Shown piece by piece: positions 1 to 9,465 of a DNA stretch of 64,000 nucleotides (within the stretch, counting starts at the first letter, position 1; the number at the start of each line of letters is the position of its first letter). The position numbers and the translations under genes were made by a program. The notes under the pieces are model-generated. The model did not search any database and was not told the DNA's origin. It was given only the letters and a program-made list of their open reading frames with translations. This DNA is from a candidate division WS1 bacterium (GTDB lineage Bacteria > Armatimonadota > Zipacnadia > Zipacnadales > UBA5352), in contig JAAYJW010000312.1 of assembly GCA_012522765.1 (NCBI GenBank), positions 2,753 through 66,752 of the forward strand, given 5' to 3'.

Positions 1-3000
1 CCTTCCTGGCACACCCATTCACGCTCGAATCCGATCCCGATCGCCTCGATCCCCTGCTGGGCGAGTTGAAGTCGCAGGGCCTCGACGGGGTGGAAGCGAT
101 CTACGGTCGCTACAGCGAGAGTGAACAGCAGCAACTGCGTAGCCTCGCCCAACAGCATGATCTGCTCGTCTCGGGGGGGAGCGATGTCCATGATCGGGGC
201 GGCGCCGGGCGCTCCCCGCTTGGCGTGGACATGCCCACTGAGCTATGGAAGCGCTTCCGCGATGCGACCGGTCGCGGCAGGCGTTCTCTCGACGAGGCCT
301 CTCACGACCAGCCGCGCCACCGGATGAAGCGGCGCCACTTCCTTCTTCACGTGCTCGTCCCGACCGTGCTGGCTATGAGCCTCTTTGTCGGAGCCATCTT
401 CGCGGTGTTTCTTCCCGCATTCGAGCGGTCACTGCTCGACCGCAAGCGGGAGACGATCAGGGAACTGACGCAGTCGGCATGGAGCATTCTCGCCGCGTAT
501 GAGCGTGACGTTCAGTCAGGGCTGCTGAACCCGGTCGAGGCGCGGGAGATGGCGGCGAGGCGTATCGAGGACCTGCGTTACGGCTCGGAGGGGAAGGACT
601 ACTTCTGGATCCAGGACCTGCAGCCTCGCATCATCATGCACCCGTACCGCCCCGAACTCAATGGCACCGACGTATCCGACTACGTCGATCAGCGAGGCGT
701 GCGTATCTTCGTGAAGTTCGCTGAAGTAGCCCGCGAGAGTGGCGGCGGATACGTGAACTACGTCTGGCAGTGGAAGGATGACCCGCGGCGCTTTGCGCCC
801 AAAGAGTCATACGTGAAGATCTTCGAACCGTGGGGATGGGTCATCGGAACCGGCCTCTACACGGAGGACGTGCAGGCGGAGATTGAGAGCCTCGAGACGA
901 ACCTGCTGCGAACTTCAGTCGGGATCGCCGTGCTGGTGGCGCTGCTTCTGCTCTACGTATTGCGCCAGAGTCTGCGGGTGGAGCGCGCGCGTTCGCAGGC
1001 GGAGGAGGGGCTGCGCGAGTCCACCGCCCGCTACCGCTCGCTGGTGGAGGCCACCAGCGAGGGCACACTCCTCGTGCAGGACGGCCGCTGTCGCTACGGC
1101 AACGCGATCCTGCTCGAGGCGGCGGACTGCAGGCAGGAGGAGCTGCAGTTGCTTGACCTCGACGACCTGCTGCCCCGGCGCGCTGAGAACGCAGAGGTAT
1201 GGGCGGAGATCGAGCGGGTTGAGGCAGGGGAGCCGGCCTCAGGCGGTATTGAGGGTGTGCTGCGGCGCAGTGACGACACGCTCGTTGAGTGCATCTTCGC
1301 CATCAGCGCCATGTCGCTGGCGGGAATACGGGGGCTGATTCTGCTGGTGACCCCTCTCGGTCGAGCGGCCGGAAGAAGCGGCGCCGCTGAGGCGTCATCC
1401 GGTATCGCTCACCAGGCGCTGGGGGAGATAGCTGAGGCCGCTCCAATTGGCCTGCTTCGAGCGCGACCTACATCGCAGGGCACCGTGTTGCGCTACAACC
1501 GGGCGGCCGAACCGCTCCTCGCGGCGGTGCAGGAAGCCGCTCCGGGTGGAGTTATGACGCTCCCACCGCTGTTCCCCGATCAGGCGGCGTGGGAGGAGTT
1601 TCTGCAGGAGACGCGGCGCGATGGCAAGGCCGAGCGCACTCTCCGCCTGCCCATCGGCGACCCGCGAAGCCTGAGCGTACGCATCGAAGCCGTGGTCACT
1701 CGCGACGAACGTGACGAACCGCGCTACCTCGACTGCTCGATTGAGGATGTGACCGCCACCGCGAGGCAACAGGCGCGACGTGAGGCGCTGATTGAGCGCC
1801 TGCAGGCTTCGATGCTCTTTTTGCACGAACCGGTGGCTCACCTGGCATCCGAGCCCGTTCTCGCCGATCCCGACGAACCCGTGCGGGAGGTAGTGAGCCG
1901 CATCACCGCTGCGGAGGCCAGTGCGGCCGTGGTGACTTCGCCTTCTGGAGAGCCAATCGGCATCTTTACCGATCAGGATCTGCGTGAGAGGATCGTCGCT
2001 GCAGGCACTGATCTGCAGACCCCGATCGGGCGCGTTATGACCGCGCCTGTCAAGTCCATCCCCGAGAACGCGGAGATCTATGAGGCGCTGGCGGCGATGG
2101 AGCGAGACTCCATCCAGCACCTTGCGCTCGAGGATCGCAGTGGGCGTGTCAGCGGCGTGGTGCACCACAGCGAACTGCTGCAGTTCCCCAACTACGGCCC
2201 GATCGTGCTGGCGCGCGACATTGACCGCTCCGACACGGTTGAGCGTGTGGTATCCGCCGCACTACGCGCGCCAACGCTTGCGGCATCATTGATTGAAAGT
2301 GGCGCCCAGCCGGCCCAGGTCACAAGCATGCTCACGTCAGTCTGCGACGCCGCCACCGTCCGCTTCATCGAACTGGCCCGGCGCGAACTCGGACCGCCAC
2401 CGCGACCGTTCGTCTTCCTCGCGCTGGGAAGCCACGGCCGTGAGGAGATGGTCCTGACCAGCGATCAGGATAACGCCCTCGTCTACGCCGATGGTGCGGG
2501 TGACGATGCGGCGGTGCAGGAGTACTTCCTCGACCTGGGGAGACGCGTCTGCGGCTGGCTGGATGACGCCGGCTACCCCTACTGCCGCGGCGAGATCATG
2601 GCGCAGAACCCGAAGTGGTGCCGGCCGCTGTCGGTGTGGAAACGGTACTTCGAGGAGTGGATACGGGCCGCAGAGCCGAACGACCTGCTGGAGTTCGTGG
2701 CATTCTTCGACTTCAGGCCCGTCTCTCGCGAGCAGGACGACAGCGCCGGTAGAGCGCTGGCCGATGAACTGCGCGAACACGTCTTCACTGATGCGGCCGG
2801 GCACCCGGCGTTCTTCAGCCATCTCGCGCAGCAGGCACTGCAGTTCAAGCCGCCGGTGCGCCTGTTCGGACGCATAATCGCCGGAGGTACGGCAGGCGAG
2901 GACGCGCGGATGGTCAACCTCAAAGACGCGCAGGCCCCACTCACTGCATTCGCGCGTCTCTATGCACTGCGCGAGCGAATCGAGCAGACGAATACCCTCG

Positions 3001-3254
3001 ACCGGCTTGAGGCGCTCGCAGGCTCCGCGGTGCTTTCCGATACCAGTGCCGAGCAGACGATCTCGGCGCAGGAGAGTTTCACCCGCCTGAGGCTCCAGCA
3101 GCAGGCTGTCGCGCTCTCTGCGGGGCGCGAAGCCGACAACCTCGTGGCCTATCACAGGCTCGGGCCGGTAGACCAGGCCATGCTCAATCAGTCATTTGCC
3201 CAGGTCGCCGCGGTGCAGAAGCGTGTCAGCTACGACTTCCTCGGCGGCACCTGA
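1..3254 (+). CDS. 5'-partial ORF: C-terminal PHP-domain (TrpH/YciV-like) region running in-frame, with no stop, into a TM - single Cache - TM - PAS - CBS pair - DUF294 nucleotidyltransferase signalling protein. An internal ATG at 324 may be the start of an independent sensor gene.
   Basis: The frame is open from base 3. PHP C-terminal motif: GLDGVEAIY...LLVSGGSDVHD. TM1: FLLHVLVPTVLAMSLFVGAIFAVF. sCache motif: DYFWIQDLQPRIIMHPYRPELNGTDVSDYVDQRGVRIF. TM2: IAVLVALLLLYVL. Tandem CBS. DUF294 NTase motifs: FLALGSHGREEMVLTSDQDNALV and DUF294_C. Confidence 0.6.
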   Translation, partial: FLAHPFTLESDPDRLDPLLGELKSQGLDGVEAIYGRYSESEQQQLRSLAQQHDLLVSGGSDVHDRGGAGRSPLGVDMPTELWKRFRDATGRGRRSLDEASHDQPRHRMKRRHFLLHVLVPTVLAMSLFVGAIFAVFLPAFERSLLDRKRETIRELTQSAWSILAAYERDVQSGLLNPVEAREMAARRIEDLRYGSEGKDYFWIQDLQPRIIMHPYRPELNGTDVSDYVDQRGVRIFVKFAEVARESGGGYVNYVWQWKDDPRRFAPKESYVKIFEPWGWVIGTGLYTEDVQAEIESLETNLLRTSVGIAVLVALLLLYVLRQSLRVERARSQAEEGLRESTARYRSLVEATSEGTLLVQDGRCRYGNAILLEAADCRQEELQLLDLDDLLPRRAENAEVWAEIERVEAGEPASGGIEGVLRRSDDTLVECIFAISAMSLAGIRGLILLVTPLGRAAGRSGAAEASSGIAHQALGEIAEAAPIGLLRARPTSQGTVLRYNRAAEPLLAAVQEAAPGGVMTLPPLFPDQAAWEEFLQETRRDGKAERTLRLPIGDPRSLSVRIEAVVTRDERDEPRYLDCSIEDVTATARQQARREALIERLQASMLFLHEPVAHLASEPVLADPDEPVREVVSRITAAEASAAVVTSPSGEPIGIFTDQDLRERIVAAGTDLQTPIGRVMTAPVKSIPENAEIYEALAAMERDSIQHLALEDRSGRVSGVVHHSELLQFPNYGPIVLARDIDRSDTVERVVSAALRAPTLAASLIESGAQPAQVTSMLTSVCDAATVRFIELARRELGPPPRPFVFLALGSHGREEMVLTSDQDNALVYADGAGDDAAVQEYFLDLGRRVCGWLDDAGYPYCRGEIMAQNPKWCRPLSVWKRYFEEWIRAAEPNDLLEFVAFFDFRPVSREQDDSAGRALADELREHVFTDAAGHPAFFSHLAQQALQFKPPVRLFGRIIAGGTAGEDARMVNLKDAQAPLTAFARLYALRERIEQTNTLDRLEALAGSAVLSDTSAEQTISAQESFTRLRLQQQAVALSAGREADNLVAYHRLGPVDQAMLNQSFAQVAAVQKRVSYDFLGGT

Positions 3255-3260
3255 GCGCCG

Positions 3261-4601
3261 CTAAATGTAGCCCAGGTCCCGCAGTCGCTGCTCGAGCAGC
3301 GCTCCACCAGGCTCTTCGTCCGCCGCCGGATGCCGGCTGCCTCGCATCCCGTCTCTCCACTGCTCCAGTCTCGCATCAAGCTCCGTGACGACGGCCGCGT
3401 TATCTGCGCTGGCATCGCGCGTCTCGCCGGGATTACGCTGCAGATCGTACAGGCGTCTGCTGCCGTCTGAGCCACGTATGTACTTCCATCGTCTCGTGCG
3501 CACACCCAGCAGATCGCGCCGCAGCGGGGCGAAGTCGTAGCTCGGGTTGCGCCGACGCAGGTTGGCGAGCTGCCCGTCCCCCCACGCCGTCCATTCGATG
3601 AACGCATGCTCGTGCCCGGCGGCCCAGGTGCGCGGCGAGAGCAGGTCCAGCGGCTGATGCGACGGCTCATAGCCCACGGGCGGTATCTGCAGGAAGCCGC
3701 AGAGCGTCGCGAGCAGGTCTGTGTGTTGGAACTGGCCGGTGATCTGCGCGCCGGGCGGCATACTCGGTGCCATCACTGCGCACGGTACGCGCACCAGCTC
3801 CTCGTGCAGCGAAGCTTGATGGTCGGCGAGTTGGTGCTCGCCGAGGTGCTCCCCATGATCGGCGGTGACCACGATGAGGCTGTCATCGAGGAGGCCCGCC
3901 TGCTGATATGCCGCGATCAGGCCCTCGGTGATGCGTACGTCGTAGTCGAGACACTGCAGATAGCGCTTGCGCGCGTCGCTCCAACCGTCGGAAGTGGCGT
4001 GCGCGGCGAATTCCCACGCCTGCGCCTGGCGGGATGTGTAGTATCGCAGATGGCCCAGCGCATAGCGCAGGCGCTCGCGTGGCGCCAAGCCCGTTGGCGG
4101 CGGCAGGTAGGGGTGGTGTGCCTCCTGCAGATGGACGACGAGCAGATCGGGCAGGCCATCAGAGGCGGCCATCTGCTGTACGCGGCGCAGGATCGCGCGC
4201 CCACCGTAGTCGAGGATGCCCAGCAGGCGCCCGAGGCCGACCTCTTTGCGGCGGCGGCGATGGGGCAGTTCGATCTGATCGGCGCGCAGGGGGATCATTG
4301 GCGGCGCATAGATGCGGTTCGCCGATAGCAGCAGAAAGCTCCTGCCGGCGTCATCGCACATCGCGGCGATTGTCGGGGCGCTGCAACGGGCCTGCATGAG
4401 GGGCCAGCCGAGTCCGTGCTCCGCCGGATGCAGGCCCGTCAGCACCGAGCCCATGACCGGTACGGTCCAGCACGAGGGGGAAATCATGTTGACCCGGGCG
4501 GCTGATGCAAGCTCCGGGCTCAAAGACCGATCGAACGCCGCGTGGGTATCCTCCCGCCGTGCGGCATCAATGATGACGAGAAGAGCCTTCCTGCGGCTCA
4601 T
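3261..4601 (-). CDS. Sulfatase-like hydrolase/transferase (alkaline phosphatase superfamily)
   Basis: VVTADHGEHLGEH motif. N-terminal SPSCWTVPVMGSVLTG resembles a degenerate sulfatase CxPxR region. ATG at 4599-4601. Confidence 0.65.
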   Translation of the reverse strand: MSRRKALLVIIDAARREDTHAAFDRSLSPELASAARVNMISPSCWTVPVMGSVLTGLHPAEHGLGWPLMQARCSAPTIAAMCDDAGRSFLLLSANRIYAPPMIPLRADQIELPHRRRRKEVGLGRLLGILDYGGRAILRRVQQMAASDGLPDLLVVHLQEAHHPYLPPPTGLAPRERLRYALGHLRYYTSRQAQAWEFAAHATSDGWSDARKRYLQCLDYDVRITEGLIAAYQQAGLLDDSLIVVTADHGEHLGEHQLADHQASLHEELVRVPCAVMAPSMPPGAQITGQFQHTDLLATLCGFLQIPPVGYEPSHQPLDLLSPRTWAAGHEHAFIEWTAWGDGQLANLRRRNPSYDFAPLRRDLLGVRTRRWKYIRGSDGSRRLYDLQRNPGETRDASADNAAVVTELDARLEQWRDGMRGSRHPAADEEPGGALLEQRLRDLGYI

Positions 4602-4736
4602 CGCGGGGGGACTCGCGAATCAGCACAGTCAGCCGTCATGTGATTCCCTCCCGCGGCTGATATTGACGCTCCGGCGCCGCAGTTCCTCATCAGGCGACCG
4701 GGACCTCCTTCGGCTCTGCCGGAGGTATCGCGTGAG

Positions 4737-4754
4737 TGGCGTGGAAGTCCACGC
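4737..4754. promoter_or_regulatory. Inverted repeat GGCGTGGA-AG-TCCACGCC in the divergent sulfatase/ceramidase intergenic region (candidate operator or leader hairpin)
   Basis: Perfect 8-bp arms with a 2-nt spacer, about 55 bp upstream of the ATG at 4808. Confidence 0.3.
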
Positions 4755-4807
4755 CGTTGAGCCGCGTAGACGCGCAGAAGTAATCACTCCGCCCGGGAGG
4801 TACCGAG

Positions 4808-6190
4808 ATGCCTGAGTCACCCTACAACACCGAAGACCTGCCGCAGATCAGGGCCGGTGTGGCCCGATCTGTCATCACACCCGAGGGCGATGTCCGTCTC
4901 GCCGGCTATTATCACGAGCGCATCGGCGGCCGCGTGCGCGATGACCTGCACTGCCGCGCGCTTGTGCTCGAGCACGACGACTGCCGCATCTGCATCGTAA
5001 CGCTCGACCTGATCTTCGTCGCCCGCACCTGGGGCGATCAGGCGCGCGCGCTGATCACCGAGCGCACCGGCATCCCCGCCGATCGCATCCTGATCTCAGC
5101 GACGCACACTCACACCGGCCCCTCGGTCAGCTCAAGCTACCGCTGGTCGGCGCCGGAGGAGTGGGTGGCGTCACTGCCGGAGAAGATCGCCGACACCGCT
5201 GAAGCCGCCGCGGGTGATATGTTCGATGCGCTGCTCTTCCTCGGCGCGCAGGAGGAGTGTCTACTCGCCAGCAATCGCCTCGGGCGCACCCGGGACGCCG
5301 ACGAAGTCTTCTCATCGCAGGGCGTCATCGGACATGCCGGCCCCGTGGATCCTGAGCTTGTCGCGATAGGCGTGCGTGAACCCGACGGTACGGTGCGCGC
5401 GGTGATGGTCAACTACGGCATGCATGTTGACGTCATCGGCGGCGGGACGGCCGACTTCGTCTCCGCCGACTGGCCGGGCATCATGGAAGAGGCCGTCGCG
5501 GGCATATACGGCGAGCAGGCGATCACGGTCTTCGTCAACGGGCCATGCGGTGACATCAACCATCGCCTGTGGCGGGAGACGCGGCAGCCGGGCGAGGGCG
5601 AGGCGAAGGCGATACAGATGGGGCGCACCTACGCTGGGCTGGCAGTGGCCGCGGTAGAGGTTGCCGAGCCGATGGAGGAGACCGGCTGCGGGTCGAAGTT
5701 CGAGGACCTGCAGATCCCCTACTACACCCGCGATGAGGCCATCATGGCCGAGATCGAGACGATGAAGCAGCGTGATGACCTGGAGTACTTCGAAGAGGCC
5801 ATCATCAAGTCATACGAGCGCTGGGACAAGGACGGGCAGATCGCGCAGGTTCCGGTGCAGGTGATGCGCTTTGGCGAGCTGATGATCGTCGGCCTGCCCG
5901 GTGAGATCTTCACAAAGTGGGGGATGGAGATCAAGCACTGGTCGCCGACTCCATGGACGATCGTGGTGGAGCTTGCCAACGACGCTCTCGGCTACATCCC
6001 CACCACCGATCAGGCGAGCCGCGGCGGCTACGGCGCGAAGCCGATCCTCTCGCGCCGCCTGATCGCCGATGCAGGGCGGCAGATCACTGACTGGGTGCAG
6101 ACGGCGATGTGGGAGGTCTGGGAGGGAGAGGATCGCCCGACCGAGCGTCCGCGCCTCGGCGAGGGCGGCAGCGCGGTGCCCCGGAGATGA
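4808..6190 (+). CDS. Neutral/alkaline non-lysosomal ceramidase-like protein
   Basis: N-terminal domain motifs AGYYHER...ALVL..D..RICIVTLDLIF...ILISATHTHTGP match the bacterial neutral ceramidase family. RBS GGGAGG upstream. Confidence 0.65.
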   Translation: MPESPYNTEDLPQIRAGVARSVITPEGDVRLAGYYHERIGGRVRDDLHCRALVLEHDDCRICIVTLDLIFVARTWGDQARALITERTGIPADRILISATHTHTGPSVSSSYRWSAPEEWVASLPEKIADTAEAAAGDMFDALLFLGAQEECLLASNRLGRTRDADEVFSSQGVIGHAGPVDPELVAIGVREPDGTVRAVMVNYGMHVDVIGGGTADFVSADWPGIMEEAVAGIYGEQAITVFVNGPCGDINHRLWRETRQPGEGEAKAIQMGRTYAGLAVAAVEVAEPMEETGCGSKFEDLQIPYYTRDEAIMAEIETMKQRDDLEYFEEAIIKSYERWDKDGQIAQVPVQVMRFGELMIVGLPGEIFTKWGMEIKHWSPTPWTIVVELANDALGYIPTTDQASRGGYGAKPILSRRLIADAGRQITDWVQTAMWEVWEGEDRPTERPRLGEGGSAVPRR

Positions 6191-6293
6191 TCGTCTGGGT
6201 CTGAGTGGACCCTCCGCGGGTTCGATTGATAGCCCCGTACCACCGCGGGCGCGGAGAGTCAGATGGCGTTCATAATGGAAGGGAGTCGTGAAG

Positions 6294-7484
6294 ATGGAAA
6301 AGCTTCGAGTCGGTATTTTGGGCCTGCGCCGAGGGATGTCGCACCTGCGCAACTTCATGCGCGTTGATGAAGCGGAAGTCATCGGCTGTGCGGATCGGAT
6401 AGAGAGCATGCGGGAGCGGGCGCGCGAGGTCGCTCCGGACGTGCCGATGGTCGCGGAGTTCGAGGAACTGCTGGAGATGGAGCCGGACGCCATCGCTGTC
6501 GCCACTAACGGCCGCATGCAGGCGCAGCACACGATCCAGGCGCTGCAGGCGGGCTGCCACGTGCTCTCCGAGGTGCCGGGCGCATTCACCGCCGAGGAGT
6601 GCCATCACATCGTCGCCACGGTCCAGTTGACGGGGAAGCAATACATGCTGGCGGAGAACTCGTCATTCCTCGACTTCCTGCGCTACTGGCGCAAATGGGT
6701 CATGGAGAAGAGCATGGGCGAAATATCGATGGCCGAGGGGGAATACCTCCACTACCTGCCGAACACACTCATAACGGTGGACGGCGAGCGCTACACTCCC
6801 GCCCAGTGTGTGGAGGACGGCATCAGCGGCGCGTTTCCGTGCTGGCGGGCCGATCAGCCGCCGATTCAGTACCTGACGCACGACCTGGGGCCGCTGCTCG
6901 AGGTGCTCGATGACCACGTGGTGTCGGTCTCCTGCCGCGAGGCCCCGTGGTGGCAGGACCAGGCGCCGCTGAGGTCCGACGGGCAGATAGCGCTCTTCCA
7001 GACGGCCGCGGGGCGCCTGATCAAGATCACAGTCACGCTCAACACGATGCGGCCGGCATCGCACAACTATCGGCTCTTTGGCACCCGCGGCAGCGCCGAG
7101 TGGTACTCTCACGAGGGCTTCTGCCGGGTCTGCGACCGAGACCGCGAGGAGCGCGAGGGCTGGGAGTGTGTGCCGATAGGCACGGCCGCGCCTGACGACG
7201 ACAAGAGCGTCGGCCACGGAGGCACCGACATCAAGACCGCCTACTACTTCACGAAGGCGATACTTGGGGACCGTCCGGTGCCGATAGATGTCTACCGGAT
7301 GTGCGACTATACGCTGCCGGGCATCCTGGCGGCGCGCTCGGCCGAACTCGGTGGACAGCCGATTACCGTGCCTGACGTTCGCACCGGCCCGCGCGGCCTG
7401 ACCGACTTTTGGAATCACGTTCCGGTGCCCGAGAGCGAACCGGATCGGTGGGACTACAAGTCACCCAGCGAAATGAAGTACTGA
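6294..7484 (+). CDS. Gfo/Idh/MocA family NAD(P)-dependent oxidoreductase
   Basis: N-terminal Rossmann region MEKLRVGILGLRRGMSHL...AIAVATNGRMQAQHTIQALQAGCHVLSE. The alternative GTG at 6288 is also possible. Confidence 0.8.
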   Translation: MEKLRVGILGLRRGMSHLRNFMRVDEAEVIGCADRIESMRERAREVAPDVPMVAEFEELLEMEPDAIAVATNGRMQAQHTIQALQAGCHVLSEVPGAFTAEECHHIVATVQLTGKQYMLAENSSFLDFLRYWRKWVMEKSMGEISMAEGEYLHYLPNTLITVDGERYTPAQCVEDGISGAFPCWRADQPPIQYLTHDLGPLLEVLDDHVVSVSCREAPWWQDQAPLRSDGQIALFQTAAGRLIKITVTLNTMRPASHNYRLFGTRGSAEWYSHEGFCRVCDRDREEREGWECVPIGTAAPDDDKSVGHGGTDIKTAYYFTKAILGDRPVPIDVYRMCDYTLPGILAARSAELGGQPITVPDVRTGPRGLTDFWNHVPVPESEPDRWDYKSPSEMKY

Positions 7485-7549
7485 TTCGCTCGACACAGCA
7501 GGTAGGTGGTGGTGGGAGCCCGCCCTCTGAGCGGGCTCCCCGGAGGAGG

Positions 7550-8524
7550 ATGAAGATGCTTGCATGCCCGTTCAAACGCGCGAAGACCAACCCGCTCATC
7601 ACTCCGGACGATCTACCCTTTGAGAACAACGGAGTGTTCAACCCGGCCGTGGCCGACCTCGGCGATGAGATGGTCCTGCTGCTGCGGATTGAGCGGCGGG
7701 AGGGCATTTCGGAACTGCGCATCGCACGAAGCCCCAACGGGGTGGACAACTGGGAGTTTGCCGATGAGCCGCTGCTCAGTCCGGACCTGCCGGACTACCC
7801 CTTTGAGGAATGGGGCTGCGAGGATCCGCGGATAACCAGGCTGGAAAACGGGCAGTGGGCAGTGGCGTACACAGCCTACGGGCGCTACGGAGCCACAGTG
7901 GCCGTAGCCATCATTGATGACAGCTTCGAATCAGTTGAGCGCCTCGGCTCAGTCACCATGCCGCCGAATAAGAACGCGGCCCTGTATCCGGTCAAGTTCG
8001 ATGGTCGCTGGGTGATGCTCAACAGGCCGGAGACCGGTGGCAGGCCACAGATATGGTACGCCTACAGCCACGAGGACAATCTCGCCGAGTGGACACTGCC
8101 GGGCCTGCTGATCCCAACGCATCTGGGCCCGTGGTGGGACTCCACCCGCATTGGCGCCGGCGCTCCGCCCATCCTCACCGAAGATGGCTGGTTGCTGATC
8201 TACCATGGCGCAAAGGCGGCTGCAGGCGTTCTCACGTACAGGCTGGGGCTGGCGCTGGTTGATCGCGATGATCCACGGAAGGTGCTCGCTCGGGCTTCAG
8301 ACTGGGTCTTCGCCCCCGTTGCTCCCTACGAGACCGACGGCGTGGCCGGGAATGTGGTCTTCACCTGCGGCGCGGCGGTGCGAGATGACGAGGTCTGGAT
8401 GTACTACGGAGCGTCGGATATGTACGTGGCGCTTGCCCGGGCGGACATTAAAGACCTGCTGGAGTTCGTCTGGAAGTACAACTACCTCGAGGAAGCCGGG
8501 CGCGACAAGGGAATGCGCGATTGA
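7550..8524 (+). CDS. Glycoside hydrolase family 130 (beta-mannoside phosphorylase/hydrolase-like)
   Basis: VFNPAV...LLLRIE, CEDPRIT, LIYHGA and YETDG...NVVF motifs. RBS GGAGGAGG. Start could also be 7556. Confidence 0.8.
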   Translation: MKMLACPFKRAKTNPLITPDDLPFENNGVFNPAVADLGDEMVLLLRIERREGISELRIARSPNGVDNWEFADEPLLSPDLPDYPFEEWGCEDPRITRLENGQWAVAYTAYGRYGATVAVAIIDDSFESVERLGSVTMPPNKNAALYPVKFDGRWVMLNRPETGGRPQIWYAYSHEDNLAEWTLPGLLIPTHLGPWWDSTRIGAGAPPILTEDGWLLIYHGAKAAAGVLTYRLGLALVDRDDPRKVLARASDWVFAPVAPYETDGVAGNVVFTCGAAVRDDEVWMYYGASDMYVALARADIKDLLEFVWKYNYLEEAGRDKGMRD

Positions 8525-8695
8525 CTACGCGCCATTTGCGATGACGGAGCTTGATTCTTCAATCATGTCTCTGACGGCGCCGCCGAGGTTCTGCCATGCC
8601 GCGAGGCTGGCGATGATGACGAGCGCGAGCAATAGGGCGTACTCGACCGTCGCCACGCCCGTTTCGTCGCTCAGAAGCTGATGTAGAGATCTCAT
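8525..8695 (-). CDS. Flp/Fap family type IVb pilin (orphan)
   Basis: 56 aa: MRSLHQLLSDETGVATVEYALLLALVIIASLAAW... The G/TVEYALL prepilin motif is typical of Flp. RBS GGAGG 7 nt upstream. The track ORF 8525..8833 extends upstream of this start. Confidence 0.65.
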   Translation of the reverse strand: MRSLHQLLSDETGVATVEYALLLALVIIASLAAWQNLGGAVRDMIEESSSVIANGA

Positions 8696-8747
8696 CCAAT
8701 GACCTCCGCCGTGCAAAGAATAGCGCCAGAATGTTTCTTCTGCTGCG

Positions 8748-8776
8748 CTAATGGGAATTCTACAACAAGTGGAACC
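8748..8776 (-). promoter_or_regulatory. Sigma70-like promoter for the Flp pilin gene (-35 TTGACT, 17 bp spacer, -10 TAGAAT)
   Basis: Seen on the minus strand: TTGACTcgaggttccacttgttgTAGAAT. Lies in a locally lower-GC region. Confidence 0.35.
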
Positions 8777-8874
8777 TCGAGTCAACCGAGGGGAACAAGA
8801 GCTTTGTTGATAATTTGCCACCTGCTCGCGCATGGATCTGGAGCAAAACGTGTGCGACGAAGCAGTTGCGCTGT

Positions 8875-8903
8875 CTCGCAGTTGCAGTTAGAATGGGCTC
8901 TCT
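8875..8903 (+). promoter_or_regulatory. Sigma70-like promoter for the lipoprotein gene (-35 TTGCGC, 17 bp spacer, -10 TAGAAT)
   Basis: TTGCGCtgtctcgcagttgcagtTAGAAT, about 85 bp upstream of the ATG at 8986. Confidence 0.3.
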
Positions 8904-8985
8904 GCGAGTTCGGATGCTGATGGAACTTCCCGGCTGCTGCCTCAGTCTAATGCTCGGGAGCGATTCCAGCAAATGGAGTGAAGCC

Positions 8986-9393
8986 ATGAGTCTACGGAGT
9001 GCAGCCAGTGTAGCGATAGTCGCCCTCATCTCGGCCGCCATCCTCGCCGGTTGCGGCGGAGGCGGCGGTGGCGGGGATGATACACCGCCGACGGGCAACC
9101 GGGCGCCGGTGATCAGTTCACTCACCGCCGACCAGCAGAGTCTCTGGCCCACCGCAAACGCCCAGCTCACAGTCTCCGCCAGCGACGCTGACAACGACAC
9201 TCTCACCTATACATGGTCCGCCACCGGTGGCACTCTCAGCGGCACAGGCAACACGCGCACCTGGAACGCGCCGCTCGAAGACGGTACCTACACCGTCAGC
9301 GTCACGGTCAGTGACGGCCGCGGGGGACAGGATCAGGACAGCATAGTGCTGACCGTCCTCGACATCGGCCCGCCCCCGCCACCACCGTTCTAG
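8986..9393 (+). CDS. Small lipoprotein with PKD/Ig-like domain
   Basis: Signal peptide plus lipobox (LAGC), a Gly linker, then a PKD-like region (NRAPVISSL...DADNDTLTYTW...GTYTVSVTVSDGRGG) and a C-terminal PPPPPF. Confidence 0.6.
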   Translation: MSLRSAASVAIVALISAAILAGCGGGGGGGDDTPPTGNRAPVISSLTADQQSLWPTANAQLTVSASDADNDTLTYTWSATGGTLSGTGNTRTWNAPLEDGTYTVSVTVSDGRGGQDQDSIVLTVLDIGPPPPPPF

Positions 9394-9404
9394 CTCTCCT
9401 GTTA

Positions 9405-9432
9405 ACTGAAGCCGGCCGGGCTCAGCGCGCGT
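9405..9432. terminator. GC-rich hairpin between convergent genes (candidate bidirectional terminator)
   Basis: GCCGGGCTCA-gcgcgcgt-TGAGCCCGGC, a perfect 10-bp stem. No clear U-tract. Confidence 0.35.
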
Positions 9433-9465
9433 TGAGCCCGGCCGTTCGCACATCATCCCCGGCCT

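Noticed and set aside
5810-7418. Minus-strand ORFs 5810..6589 and 6663..7418
   Set aside because: Antisense to the ceramidase-like and Gfo/Idh/MocA genes. No motifs. Composition is typical of out-of-frame GC-rich sequence.
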